In this document: positions 26,669 through 37,100 of the stretch, piece by piece
Numbering within the stretch: position 1 is the first letter of the stretch
How the letters are laid out: each line of letters opens with the position of its first letter
From: a virus
Length of the DNA stretch: 64,000 nt
Virus record (IMG/VR): IMGVR_UViG_3300026076_000002
Reading direction: 5' to 3' (one strand)
Position numbers and translations under genes: made by a program
Notes under the pieces: model-generated
What the model saw: only the letters and a program-made list of their open reading frames with translations
Databases searched by the model: none
Told to the model about the DNA's origin: nothing

Positions 26669-27349
26669 ATGACATATAGCAGTATACTATTTAACGGTTG
26701 TTCTCTTTGTTGGGGAGATGAACTAAATTCACCTTATGAGCAGCGATATTCTAGAAAAGTTGCTGAACATTTTGGTGCAGTAGATCATAATATCTCAAAA
26801 CGTGGAATTAGTAATGATGGAATTGCTAGAACCACAATGGATTGGTTAAGAACCAATGATTGTGATGCTATGGTTATCCAATTTACTGTCACAAGTCGTT
26901 TAGATGGGTATGAACCCAATACAGGAAAGAAGTTTGAAGCGACAACTACGAATGGGATGAAAATGCATGTAGATATTGGACATGTTGACAAAGACCCGTA
27001 TAAATGTGTTACTGTTCAAACCCCTAGGAAGTGGAAAGGGTTTTATCAAAGGTATTACCACCCCCAGTTGGGTATGGATGCCCTTTGGAAGAACTATTAC
27101 CTGTTAGAGCAAGAATGTATCAGAAGAAGGATTCCATATTGCTTTATGACCCATGATGATTGGGTAATAAGTGAATACTACTTACCTTGTATATGGAAAG
27201 ATTATGTTGATAGGGAACCTAGGTTTATTTGGGGTGTTCCTGACAGCGATTTCCTATTAAAGGATCATCAGGAGACATTACCACTAGGTCATCCAACTGC
27301 TGAAGCACATCAGCACCTAGCAGATTATGTTATTAGTGTGTTAAAATGA
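26669..27349 (+). CDS. SGNH/GDSL hydrolase- or acyltransferase-like protein
   Basis: Block I GCSLCWG, block II GISND and C-terminal GHPTAEAHQHLA. Confidence 0.75.
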   Translation: MTYSSILFNGCSLCWGDELNSPYEQRYSRKVAEHFGAVDHNISKRGISNDGIARTTMDWLRTNDCDAMVIQFTVTSRLDGYEPNTGKKFEATTTNGMKMHVDIGHVDKDPYKCVTVQTPRKWKGFYQRYYHPQLGMDALWKNYYLLEQECIRRRIPYCFMTHDDWVISEYYLPCIWKDYVDREPRFIWGVPDSDFLLKDHQETLPLGHPTAEAHQHLADYVISVLK

Positions 27350-27350
27350 T

Positions 27351-27358
27351 CATAAATA
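27351..27358 (+). promoter_or_regulatory. Late promoter-like motif (CATAAATA)
   Basis: Upstream of the small genes, carbamoyltransferase and second radical SAM. Confidence 0.6.
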
Positions 27359-27379
27359 CTTTCAATTGAAGGAGGGCTG

Positions 27380-27559
27380 ATGTACAGTGTCTACCTTGAT
27401 GAAAAGCAAGCTTTTCACCATCTTAGCAAAGAAGAAGCAGAAGATATCCAAACAAAGATGCGACAGATGATATCTGCTGGCATAAAAACTTATTATCAAC
27501 CCGAAGACATTACTATTAAAGACGATGAAAAGTATACTAACATGGGCGAAGAAACTTAG
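27380..27559 (+). CDS. Small hypothetical protein (59 aa), likely paralogue of 31514-31690
   Basis: AGGAGG SD; YSVYLDEKQAFHHLSKEEAEDI versus YNIFIQGELEYDSITEEEMFDI. Confidence 0.65.
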   Translation: MYSVYLDEKQAFHHLSKEEAEDIQTKMRQMISAGIKTYYQPEDITIKDDEKYTNMGEET

Positions 27560-27722
27560 TACGCCTAAAGATGCTTTACAGAAAGCATTTCCACATCACT
27601 ATATAACTAGGGTTGAGAACCCAGATGGTTCCATTCGTATTTCATTATTACCTAAAAATGTTCAGAAGACTGATAAGGAAAATTCAACAGTGGCAGAAGT
27701 TGAGGAAACTTCGGAAAAGTGA
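27525..27722 (+). CDS. Small hypothetical protein
   Basis: ORF track; overlaps both neighbours. Confidence 0.45.
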   Translation: MKSILTWAKKLSTPKDALQKAFPHHYITRVENPDGSIRISLLPKNVQKTDKENSTVAEVEETSEK

Positions 27723-27744
27723 TCCATACATTTACGAGGAATGA
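27658..27744 (+). CDS. 28-aa basic peptide ending DPYIYEE, coupled to the carbamoyltransferase
   Basis: Hand translation MFRRLIRKIQQWQKLRKLRKSDPYIYEE; ATGA overlap with the carbamoyltransferase start. Confidence 0.55.
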   Translation: MFRRLIRKIQQWQKLRKLRKSDPYIYEE

Positions 27745-29132
27745 TTGGATTTAGTGAAGGTTTTCATGATGCTGCCATTTCAGTTGTAAAGAATGGGCGT
27801 ATTACATATGCCAGTCATGCTGAACGATATTCCCGTAAAAAGCATGATAAACGCTTAACTGCCGAACAAGCAACTCTAGCGTTAGAACTAAATGGCGATG
27901 ATACTATAGCATTTTACGAAAAAACTGGATTTCTCAAAAGATCACGTCAATGGTTCGCAGGTCAATTTGATACTGCGAAAAAAGAACGTGTTTTAGCACT
28001 AAAACCGACAGTTAATCACTATCATCACTTATCACATGCTGCTGCTGCGTTTCAAACGTCAAAATATGACGAGGCAGCTTGTGTAGTAGTAGATAGTATT
28101 GGAGAATGGGATACTGCAAGTATATGGAAGGCGAAATATGAAAATGGAGTTGCGAAATACTATAAAAAGTGGAATATGTGTTATCCAAGGTCTATTGGAC
28201 TCTGGTATTCTGCTTTAACTGATTATGTTGGTCTAAAACCCCTAGATGAAGAATATATCTTCATGGGAATGAGTGCCTTTGGAAAACCCTGTCATACCAA
28301 GCGATTACGGAGACAATTATGGGCAAATAATCACAAAGGTATAAGAAGACCGATAAATGGAGACCATGTAGACATCGCTGCTAGTGCTCAAGTAGTGTTA
28401 GAGGAGGAGTTAAGTAAGATATTCAAGATTGCTCTTAAGTTTAGTGATAATATTTGTTATGGGGGTGGAGTTGCATTGAATTGCGTTGCTAACTCTAAGT
28501 TGCAAGTACAGTGTGATGATAACTTATGGATTATGCCCAATCCTGGCGATGCTGGTGGGTCATTGGGTGCTGCTTTGCTTTCTTATGGTAAAAGAGTTCC
28601 ATTTAGTCCGTACTTAGGTTATAATATAGAGAAACCGTGTGATCCTAAAGAAGTTGTCGAAGAAATCCTCAAAACTGGACTCGCTGGTGTTGCAAATGGT
28701 CGTGCTGAGTTTGGTCCTAGGGCTCTTGGTAACAGAAGTCTATTGGCGGATCCGAGAAAAATGGAGAACAAGAGAAAAGTAAATGATATTAAGAAAAGGC
28801 AAAGATTTAGACCATTTGCACCAGCAATACTAGAAGAGCATGCAGTAGACTACTTTGATATGCCTAGGCAGTCAAGGCACATGTCTTATGTGTACTCTGC
28901 AAAGCGTGGTAGTGCCATTCCAGCATGCATACATGTCGATAACACTGCAAGAGTCCAAACTGTCCCTAAGATCTCTTCTAGCGTCATTAGACCCATACTG
29001 GAGTGCTGGTATGAAAGAACAGGGTGTCCTGTCCTCTTGAATACGTCATTAAACATTCGTGGCATGCCCATGGTAAATACAATAGATGATGCTGTAGCAT
29101 TTTCTACAAAATACGATGTAAGGGTATTCTAG
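27741..29132 (+). CDS. O-carbamoyltransferase (CmcH/NodU/TobZ family)
   Basis: HDAA, ERYSRKKHD, HHLSHAA, DSIGE, GGVALNC, EFGPRALGNRS, FRPFAP, HVDNTAR and LLNTSLN. Confidence 0.95.
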   Translation: MIGFSEGFHDAAISVVKNGRITYASHAERYSRKKHDKRLTAEQATLALELNGDDTIAFYEKTGFLKRSRQWFAGQFDTAKKERVLALKPTVNHYHHLSHAAAAFQTSKYDEAACVVVDSIGEWDTASIWKAKYENGVAKYYKKWNMCYPRSIGLWYSALTDYVGLKPLDEEYIFMGMSAFGKPCHTKRLRRQLWANNHKGIRRPINGDHVDIAASAQVVLEEELSKIFKIALKFSDNICYGGGVALNCVANSKLQVQCDDNLWIMPNPGDAGGSLGAALLSYGKRVPFSPYLGYNIEKPCDPKEVVEEILKTGLAGVANGRAEFGPRALGNRSLLADPRKMENKRKVNDIKKRQRFRPFAPAILEEHAVDYFDMPRQSRHMSYVYSAKRGSAIPACIHVDNTARVQTVPKISSSVIRPILECWYERTGCPVLLNTSLNIRGMPMVNTIDDAVAFSTKYDVRVF

Positions 29133-29133
29133 T

Positions 29134-30423
29134 ATGTGGATAGATGAGAACCCAAATAAAATATGGACTCAAGAAGAGTATGAGTCTATAAAAAATAGTA
29201 GTGTAATATGCAATTTGCCATTTCAGCAGTTGCGGAATGGTACTGGGATAAATTATCAACCATGTTGTTGGGCTAGGACTCTGACCCCAAATGGTCCTCA
29301 GAACACGGTTCCTTTTGATCATTTCAAAGGAGAAGAGTTTAATGAATTGCGAAAAGATATGCTATTGGGCAAGAAGACTCCTAGATTAAAGCATTCTTGC
29401 GATTTATGTTGGAAAAATGAGAAAGAAAGTGGATGGTCGCCAAGAATGGAAAATCTACTTAATGTAGATTGTCTGCAAAACTTTGATAAAGAAGGAAAGA
29501 TGGTTGAAACAGACCATAGGTTCATTAAGTTAGAATTAAATGCATTTGGTAACTACTGCAATCTTCAATGTTATGAGTGTCAGGTAGACAACTCTAGTGG
29601 TAGACTACAAGCAGCAAAACAACTTGGTAAGATAGATCCAAAATGGTTGGGATTATTACAACGCTATTCATTTGTTGATAGGGATGTTAAAAAGGTCAAT
29701 CCAGAGCAATGGCGTAAATTTAAAAATGATATTATCAAGCATGCAAAGAATATTAGGGTTATAGTCTTTTGTGGGGGAGAACCCATGATGATGAAATCGC
29801 ATTTTGAACTTCTAGATGAATTAATAGAAGCAGGTGAAGCGAAAGGTATTGAATTGGGGTATGTTTCAAATATGACACATACTACTATTGATAAGATGAA
29901 GAAGTATCTTGACGCTTTTAGGTGGACAGAGTTTCAATGGTCTGTAGATGGTTTGACTGAACGTAACCATTGGTTGAGATATCCTACAAATTGGGATACT
30001 ACTATCAATAACGTATTTGCAATGCGAGACTATCTCCATCATTCTAATCCAAATTGGAAGATAGGTAATTTTAAATGTACTATAACACCAAGTATCCTTG
30101 GTATATTGCAGTTACATAAAACAGTACAGTGGATGAAGGATAATGATATATTTGGTGATGATAATGTACTTTTGAATAGAATTGAAAACCCTGCATTTTG
30201 TCAAACCCGACATTTACCAGATGAAGTAAAAGAACAGATAGCAGATAATGTGAAAAGTGTATCCGATCATATATACCAGGACATGATGCAACCACGGAGT
30301 GAACATCTGTGGAAAATTGCATTAGAATATTTTGATAAAACTGACCAAGTACGTGGAGACACGAATTGGAAAGAAACATTCCCTGAATTAGCGAAGTATG
30401 CTTTGGAGTACCCACTATCTTGA
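29134..30423 (+). CDS. Radical SAM protein with N-terminal SPASM/twitch-like Cys cluster (paralogue of 20864)
   Basis: CNLQCYEC, GGEPM, SVDG and LRYP..W. Confidence 0.88.
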   Translation: MWIDENPNKIWTQEEYESIKNSSVICNLPFQQLRNGTGINYQPCCWARTLTPNGPQNTVPFDHFKGEEFNELRKDMLLGKKTPRLKHSCDLCWKNEKESGWSPRMENLLNVDCLQNFDKEGKMVETDHRFIKLELNAFGNYCNLQCYECQVDNSSGRLQAAKQLGKIDPKWLGLLQRYSFVDRDVKKVNPEQWRKFKNDIIKHAKNIRVIVFCGGEPMMMKSHFELLDELIEAGEAKGIELGYVSNMTHTTIDKMKKYLDAFRWTEFQWSVDGLTERNHWLRYPTNWDTTINNVFAMRDYLHHSNPNWKIGNFKCTITPSILGILQLHKTVQWMKDNDIFGDDNVLLNRIENPAFCQTRHLPDEVKEQIADNVKSVSDHIYQDMMQPRSEHLWKIALEYFDKTDQVRGDTNWKETFPELAKYALEYPLS

Positions 30424-30652
30424 CTTTAAGTTCAAGGATGAGAATGTTCCCAAGTCAAGTTGGGAGATAGTATATGATGCCATCAATATTATGGCAATTG
30501 ATTGCGAAGACGATAAAACTGCGGAAGATATAAAGGAAGAGTTAGCAGAATATTATAAGATTGAAGTTATACGGTGGGATTTGAAGCCAACTCCACAACA
30601 AGATTTCACATACTATGTGCTACCTGAAAATGATGTATGGTTTTGCGATTAA
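30398..30652 (+). CDS. Hypothetical protein
   Basis: ORF track; acidic; overlaps the upstream stop. Confidence 0.55.
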   Translation: MLWSTHYLDFKFKDENVPKSSWEIVYDAINIMAIDCEDDKTAEDIKEELAEYYKIEVIRWDLKPTPQQDFTYYVLPENDVWFCD

Positions 30653-30657
30653 CACCT

Positions 30658-30686
30658 TTGACAAACCGCTATATATCGTGTATGAT
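30658..30686 (+). promoter_or_regulatory. Sigma70-type promoter
   Basis: TTGACA-17 nt-TATGAT. Confidence 0.8.
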
Positions 30687-30728
30687 CCTTTTGGGTGATA
30701 CCCGTTTACGTAAACACTTGAATATAGT

Positions 30729-31496
30729 ATGGCAAAAGGTTTTAAGGTTGTAACTCAACCTCCTACTGCTAGTCAGAAAAAGACAGAAGAACCAAAAACA
30801 ATTGTAGATAAAGGCAGAGAAGCAATCAGAGGCAAGTCTATTGTCTTCTGCTTACCTGGTCGTGGTGTTTCATACACATATCTAAAGAACTTTGTTCAAC
30901 TGTGTTTTGATCTAGTACAAAATGGTGCGAGCATTCAAATCTCACAAGATTACTCCTCCATGGTTAACTTTGCACGTTGTAAGTGCCTAGGAGCGAATGT
31001 TCTAAGGGGACCTGATCAGTTACCTTGGGATGGTAAGTTAAAATACGACTATCAACTCTGGATTGATAGTGATATCGTTTTTGGACTAGAGCAATTCTAT
31101 CGTCTTGTCTTAATGGATAAGCAGATTGCTGGAGGATGGTATGTAACTGAAGATGGTAAGACAACTTCATGTGCTCATTGGTTAGAAGAGGACGATTTCA
31201 AAGAAAATGGTGGAGTCATGAATCATGAAATGGTTGATGGCATACAAAAACGTAGAAAACCATTTACTGTTGACTATTCTGGATTTGGATGGTTACTTAT
31301 TAAGCATGGTGTGTTTGAACATCCTGAAATGAAGTATCCTTGGTTTGCTCCACAAATGCAAGTCTTTGATTCTGGTGAAGTACAGGATATGTGTGGTGAA
31401 GATGTCAGTTTCTGCCTAGATGCTATCAAAGCAGGTATTGAGATTTGGATTGACCCTGCATGTCGTGTTGGTCACGAGAAGACAAGAATTATATAA
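30729..31496 (+). CDS. GT-A-fold (family 2-like) glycosyltransferase, conserved in cyanomyophages
   Basis: WIDSD (DxD), GFGWLLIK, GEDVSFC and VGHEK. Confidence 0.8.
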   Translation: MAKGFKVVTQPPTASQKKTEEPKTIVDKGREAIRGKSIVFCLPGRGVSYTYLKNFVQLCFDLVQNGASIQISQDYSSMVNFARCKCLGANVLRGPDQLPWDGKLKYDYQLWIDSDIVFGLEQFYRLVLMDKQIAGGWYVTEDGKTTSCAHWLEEDDFKENGGVMNHEMVDGIQKRRKPFTVDYSGFGWLLIKHGVFEHPEMKYPWFAPQMQVFDSGEVQDMCGEDVSFCLDAIKAGIEIWIDPACRVGHEKTRII

Positions 31497-31513
31497 GTAT
31501 AGTACAGAAGTGC

Positions 31514-31690
31514 ATGTCCGAAATGACAGATCGATACAATATTTTTATTCAAGGTGAATTAGAATACGATTCTATTACCGAGGAAGAAATGTTCGATATA
31601 ACCCAAGATCTTGCTGATAAGTTTTATTCAGAAGGTACTCCCCATCCTGACGATGTTGTGGTAGAATACCTAGGCAACGAATTAGACTAA
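31514..31690 (+). CDS. Small acidic hypothetical protein
   Basis: In frame with ORF-track ORF 31460-31690; the downstream ATG is preferred. Confidence 0.65.
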   Translation: MSEMTDRYNIFIQGELEYDSITEEEMFDITQDLADKFYSEGTPHPDDVVVEYLGNELD

Positions 31691-31827
31691 TGGCAGCAGG
31701 TTTTGGAACCCTAGACAAGATGGAAGCAAGACCAAAACGTACTAGGCAAGGAAGAGGAAAGCATACTAAATATGCTGCTACTTCTAAAAACAAAGCTAGG
31801 AAACGTTACCGTGGACAAGGCAAATAA
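31690..31827 (+). CDS. Small highly basic protein (45 aa, ...PKRTRQG.GKHTKY...KRYRGQGK)
   Basis: Hand translation; TAATG coupling; typical gene upstream of gp25 in cyanomyophages. Confidence 0.8.
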   Translation: MAAGFGTLDKMEARPKRTRQGRGKHTKYAATSKNKARKRYRGQGK

Positions 31828-31856
31828 AGGGGGGATCTTCGGATCCCCTTTTTTTA
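31828..31856 (+). terminator. Rho-independent terminator
   Basis: GGGGATC-TTCG-GATCCCC followed by a T run. Confidence 0.9.
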
Positions 31857-31897
31857 TGGTCTAAATAAGGATAAATACATCGAATTGTAGAAGACCA

Positions 31898-32302
31898 GTG
31901 CCTCTTCAAGAAGTATCACGGGGATTTAAAGACATTTCATTGTCCTTTAAACGGCATCCGATAACTTCAGACTTACTTCCGCTAAAAAATGAGGACGCTA
32001 TTAAAAAAGCAGTCCAGAATCTTGTTCGTACCCAAATAGGGGAAGTATTCTTTGATGAATTGCTTGGCACTAATGTAACTGGATCATTATTTGAGTTAGC
32101 AACAAGGGATCTTATAGATCCACTAGAAACACAGATTCAACTGGTAATACAGAATAATGAACCAAGGGTAGATCTTAAATCAGTAAGGGTTACATCAAAA
32201 CCTGATGATAATTTATTAAACATTGAGATACGTTATGACATAGTTGGTCTATCACTTCCTACTCAAACTGTTTCGTTCGTATTAGAACCGACTAGACTAT
32301 AA
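31898..32302 (+). CDS. gp25: Baseplate wedge subunit gp25
   Basis: FKDISLSF, AIKKAVQNLV.T..GE.FF...G and EPRV. Confidence 0.92.
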   Translation: MPLQEVSRGFKDISLSFKRHPITSDLLPLKNEDAIKKAVQNLVRTQIGEVFFDELLGTNVTGSLFELATRDLIDPLETQIQLVIQNNEPRVDLKSVRVTSKPDDNLLNIEIRYDIVGLSLPTQTVSFVLEPTRL

Positions 32303-34182
32303 TGGCACTACAACAGTTCACAAACTTAAACTACGAGGACATTAAGACCTCGATAAAGGATTATCTACGGGAGAACTCCAACTTCACGGATTTCGACTTT
32401 GAAGGTTCTAACCTTTCAGTACTTATCAATACTTTAGCGTATAACACATATATTACAGCATATAACACCAACATGGTTGTTAATGAGTCATTTATAGACT
32501 CTGCAACGCTCCGTGAGAACGTTGTTTCCCTTGCACGTAACATTGGGTATGTTCCACGTTCTAAACGTGCTGCAAAGGCAACTGTGTCGTTTCAGTTAGC
32601 AGGTATATCTTCATCAACTAAGACTATTGAAATACAACCAGGTTTAATATCAAATTCAGACGTACAAGACACAACCTTCTTATTTTCTATTCCTGATAAG
32701 ATTACTTTACCAGTATTAGAAGGAGAATCGTTTGGTGAGTTTGATATATTCCAAGGGCAGTATCTAGAAAACGCATGGACAGTAAATAACTCACTTGAGT
32801 CTGAAAGATATGTTTTACCGAATGATAGTATTGATACTTCAACGTTAAGAGTAACAGTTCAAGAATCAGGTACATCTACTGTTGAAGAACAGTACACAAT
32901 GGTTGATAATATTGTTGGTGTTACTTCTACTTCTAATATCTTCTTGATTCAAGAGACTTCTGATGAAAGATATGAGTTGTTATTTGGAGATGGTGTCTTT
33001 GGTAAGAAACTACCAAATGGTGCAATTGTTAGAGCATCTTATATTAAGACTCAGGGTAGAGCAGCAAATGGTGCTGTTGGATTCAGGTTTGTTGGTCAGA
33101 TAAGGGATGATAACGGTGCTAAGTTAAATAATATCGATCCTTTGTTGGATACTGTATCTCAGGCAGAAAATGGAGATGATATTGAGTCATTACAATCGGT
33201 TAAGTATTATGCACCAAGGTTGTATAGTTCTCAGCATAGAGCAGTTACCGCAACTGACTACGAAGCAATCATTCCTTCAATCTATCCTAATATCCACTCA
33301 GTCAGTGCCTATGGTGGAGAAGAACTTGACCCACCGCAATATGGTAGGGTATTCATTGCTGCAAAACCCAGAAACGGTAGTTACCTGTCCGACTATACTA
33401 AAAAGCAACTATTAAAGTCTTTAAGGAGTTATACCGTTGCTGGTATTGTTCCTATGTTCATAGATCTTAAATTCTTATATGTTGAGATCGATAGTTACGT
33501 TTATTATAATACTAATTTCATTGGAGATCCAGATAGTTTAAAAGCATCCATATATAACAACTTAACTCAGTATGCAGTTGAATCTGAGGTCAACCAGTTT
33601 GGTGGTAGATTCAAATACTCCAAGATTCAGACTCTAATTGATAATGTTAATAGTTCTATCACTTCTAACATTACTATGGTTAGAATGAGGAGGAATTTAG
33701 TTGCAAAAGTTAATCAGTTTGCACAATATGAATTGTGCTTTGGAAATGAGTTCTATTGTGGTAATGATACTTACAATATTAAGTCTACTGGATTTACTGT
33801 TAGTACATTCAGTGGAACTTGCTATTTTTCCGATTCTAAGATAGAAGGAACCTCAAAAGGCAACTTATTCTTGTTTAGAAAGAAGACAGATGATGAAATA
33901 GAGATCTTAAGTACTAAGTTTGGTACTATTGACTATCAGAAGGGTGAAGTGCTTATAGATACTGTCAATATTACATCTACTGTCAAATCCAACAATATCA
34001 TTGAGGTTCAGGCAGTTCCATTATCTAATGATGTACTTGCAAGACAGGAATTGTATTTGCAACTTGATGCATCCAATAGCAACATCTATATGAGGCAAGA
34101 TGTTATTTCTTCTGGTAGAAATACATCTGGTACTAGATTTGATGTTCAATCTTCCTATCAAAACGGCAGCAAAACTCGATAA
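32302..34182 (+). CDS. gp6: Baseplate wedge subunit gp6
   Basis: FTDFDFEGS, LAYNT, SATLRENVVSLAR.IGY.P, YELLFGDG and RAVTATDY. Confidence 0.95.
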   Translation: MALQQFTNLNYEDIKTSIKDYLRENSNFTDFDFEGSNLSVLINTLAYNTYITAYNTNMVVNESFIDSATLRENVVSLARNIGYVPRSKRAAKATVSFQLAGISSSTKTIEIQPGLISNSDVQDTTFLFSIPDKITLPVLEGESFGEFDIFQGQYLENAWTVNNSLESERYVLPNDSIDTSTLRVTVQESGTSTVEEQYTMVDNIVGVTSTSNIFLIQETSDERYELLFGDGVFGKKLPNGAIVRASYIKTQGRAANGAVGFRFVGQIRDDNGAKLNNIDPLLDTVSQAENGDDIESLQSVKYYAPRLYSSQHRAVTATDYEAIIPSIYPNIHSVSAYGGEELDPPQYGRVFIAAKPRNGSYLSDYTKKQLLKSLRSYTVAGIVPMFIDLKFLYVEIDSYVYYNTNFIGDPDSLKASIYNNLTQYAVESEVNQFGGRFKYSKIQTLIDNVNSSITSNITMVRMRRNLVAKVNQFAQYELCFGNEFYCGNDTYNIKSTGFTVSTFSGTCYFSDSKIEGTSKGNLFLFRKKTDDEIEILSTKFGTIDYQKGEVLIDTVNITSTVKSNNIIEVQAVPLSNDVLARQELYLQLDASNSNIYMRQDVISSGRNTSGTRFDVQSSYQNGSKTR

Positions 34183-37100
34183 TGATAGAAACTTCAATAT
34201 ACAAGGTAAAAATCAATGATGTTGTTCAGAGCCAAATTCCTGAACACATCAATACCGATAATCCATTATTTGCTGAATTTTTAAAGCAATATTACATATC
34301 ACAAGAATTTCAAGGTGGTACTGTAGACATTGCTGATAATTTAGTTGAGTATAAAGGATTATCTCGTATTACTAACGAGAATCTTGTTGGAGTCACCAGT
34401 TTGACTGCATATGTCGATGGTCGTTCTGATACTATCAATGTTCAGTCAACTAAAGGTTGGCCTGAGCAATGGGGTCTTCTAAAGATTAATAATGAGGTAA
34501 TAACCTACACAGGAATCACAACTAACTCCTTTATGGGTTGTGTTCGTGGTTTTAGTGCTATTGAGAAGAATGAGACTACTAATAAACCAGAATTTTTAAC
34601 ATTTACATCAACTGGTATTGGTACTCATGCTAATGAAGCACAAGTTACCAATTTAAGCAATATCTTCCTAAAAGAGTTCTTAAGGAAGTTAAAGATACAA
34701 GTATTACCTGGATTTGAAGAAAGAGGACTATTTGGTGAGTTGGATGAAGCAAATTTCATCAGACAGGCAAAAGACTTCTATGCAACTAAAGGAACACCCG
34801 AAGCATTCGATATTCTCTTCAGAGTTCTCTATAATGAAGATGTTGACTTAGTACAACCACAAAAATACTTATTCAAACCTTCTGATGCCGATTTCATTAG
34901 AAATACGGTTCTTTTGTGTACTTTGGTTAATGGAGACCCACGTAGAATCTCTGGAGAAACATTATTCCAAGATACGACCCCAATACAGTCATCTGCTGCA
35001 ATTTATGATATAGAAGAGTATGTAATCAATAAAAAACGTTATTATAAAGTTTCTTTATCAACAGATACAATAATTGGTAATTTTGAACCAATTAAGAAGA
35101 CTTACATCACAGAATTTGGTGCTTTAAGTACAGACATCTTAAATGTCGATTCTACGGTTGGATTTGCTAGTGAAGGCGTTTTAAAATTTGGTGGAGACAG
35201 ATTAACGTATGGTGCAAAGAGTTATACTCAATTTAGGGATATTAAAGGATTATCAAGCACTGCTGGTATAGGATCGACTGTAAGTTCAGGTTTGAACGTA
35301 TATTCTTATGAAGAAGGTGATTTAAGCAATAGAGTCGAATTACAAGTCGTAGAAGTCTTAAATGACTTTACTGGAGTTGCTCAGAACCAAAATGTCGGAT
35401 CTGAGATTAATGTTAGAAGTTTAGGTCTTGAAAAGGACGAATTGCGTTATAATGCTTGGATTTACAATACACCTTCCAAATATTCTATATTTAAAATTGA
35501 TTTAGTGTCACCTGGCACATATGAGTTAATATTGGAAAATAAGAACCAATTATACGTTGATGACAATATAACTGTATATGACATTAATACTGATACTCCA
35601 GTTCCCGCAAAGGTCACAAGTATCATAAGTGACCTAGTTATTCGGATTAATGCTGGTACACTCGATTTAACCAGAAATCATTACCTTAGAAGAAATTTAA
35701 AGACAACTAACACATATACTGCTGATGTTCAGAATACTTATTCAAAAGGAACTGATTTATACGTTGCATCAAATAGTATTCCACATTGGGAAATAAATGC
35801 CGATAATAAGATAAGAACATTTAATAACAGTCAAACTGGACAAACGATTAATATAAGTCAGCATAATTTCACTACTGGTGAATTAGTCGTATATGAGCAT
35901 ATTAGTGACTGGGATAGTAGTGTAGGTCTGAATACTGCACAAGGTTACTATGTTAAGAAGATAAACGACAATCAGATCAAATTAGCATCTACACAAGAGA
36001 ATGTTAGGAGTGGTGAGTATATTGATGTATTCAGTGTAATAGCTGGTGTATCAACCCATAGACTAACACCGTTTAATCTATATGGTCATACTCTAGGTGG
36101 GCAAAAATTATTCAAGAGAATACCTATACCAACCTATCCACCTATCCCATCTTCTACAGGTAAGAAATCTGTAGCATCTGAAGGTGCTATTGGTTTATTT
36201 GCCAATGGTGTTGAGATTGTATCTTACAAGTCACCAGATAAAGTATACTTTGGTGCTATAGACTCTGTAAGCGTTCTAAACAACGGAGAAGGTTATGATG
36301 TCGTAAATCCACCTAGACTGTCTGTAAGGGAAAATATCAGTGGTGTAGGGGCATCTGTATATGCTCATGTAAGTGGTGAAGTTGTTGATGTTATTGTAGA
36401 TAATGAAGGTGTCGATTACTTAGATACACCTATCGTATCAATCACTGGTGGCGGTGGTCAAGGATACGCTGAAGCAAAGATGAAAAGAGTTCCACATGAA
36501 GCAGTCTTTAATAGTGCTTCTGTTGGTGGGGTTGTTAGTACAGAAGATAATACATTTACCTTTAAAACTCCACATGGATTCCATGTTGGTGAAGAGTTAA
36601 TCTATTCTACTCAAGATACTACACCAATTGGTATAGGCACAACTCCTGGTAATTTGGTAGATAAAGCATCATATTTTGCTATACCAAATCCTAATGATGA
36701 CTTTAAGATGACCATTACTGATAGTAAGAATAATTCTCTTGCTGGTATTGGTACTATAGACATCACACAGAATGGTATTGGATACCATATATTTGAAACT
36801 AGAGAAAGAAGATTGAAGGTTGATAAGGTTAGAATTATAGATGGTGGTAGATTCTATAATAAAGAAAATACATTAAGAGTACCAAATCCAACTGTAGATC
36901 ATAGGATTAATAAGTATACCAATGTAATCTATGTCCCTAATCATGGATATGCTGATAAGGATGAGATCCAGTATGTATGTGACGATCCTATAAGTGGTCT
37001 AGACAATAAAGGTCTTTATACTGTAGAGAAATTAGATGATGATAACTTTAAACTTGGTGTAGATTTTGGTACTGTAACTGCTGGTATTCATACCTTTAGG

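Noticed and set aside
25348-29132. Phage-encoded saxitoxin biosynthesis
   Set aside because: Only generic tailoring families are shared; there is no SxtA-like PKS/aminotransferase or ring-forming enzyme in the window.
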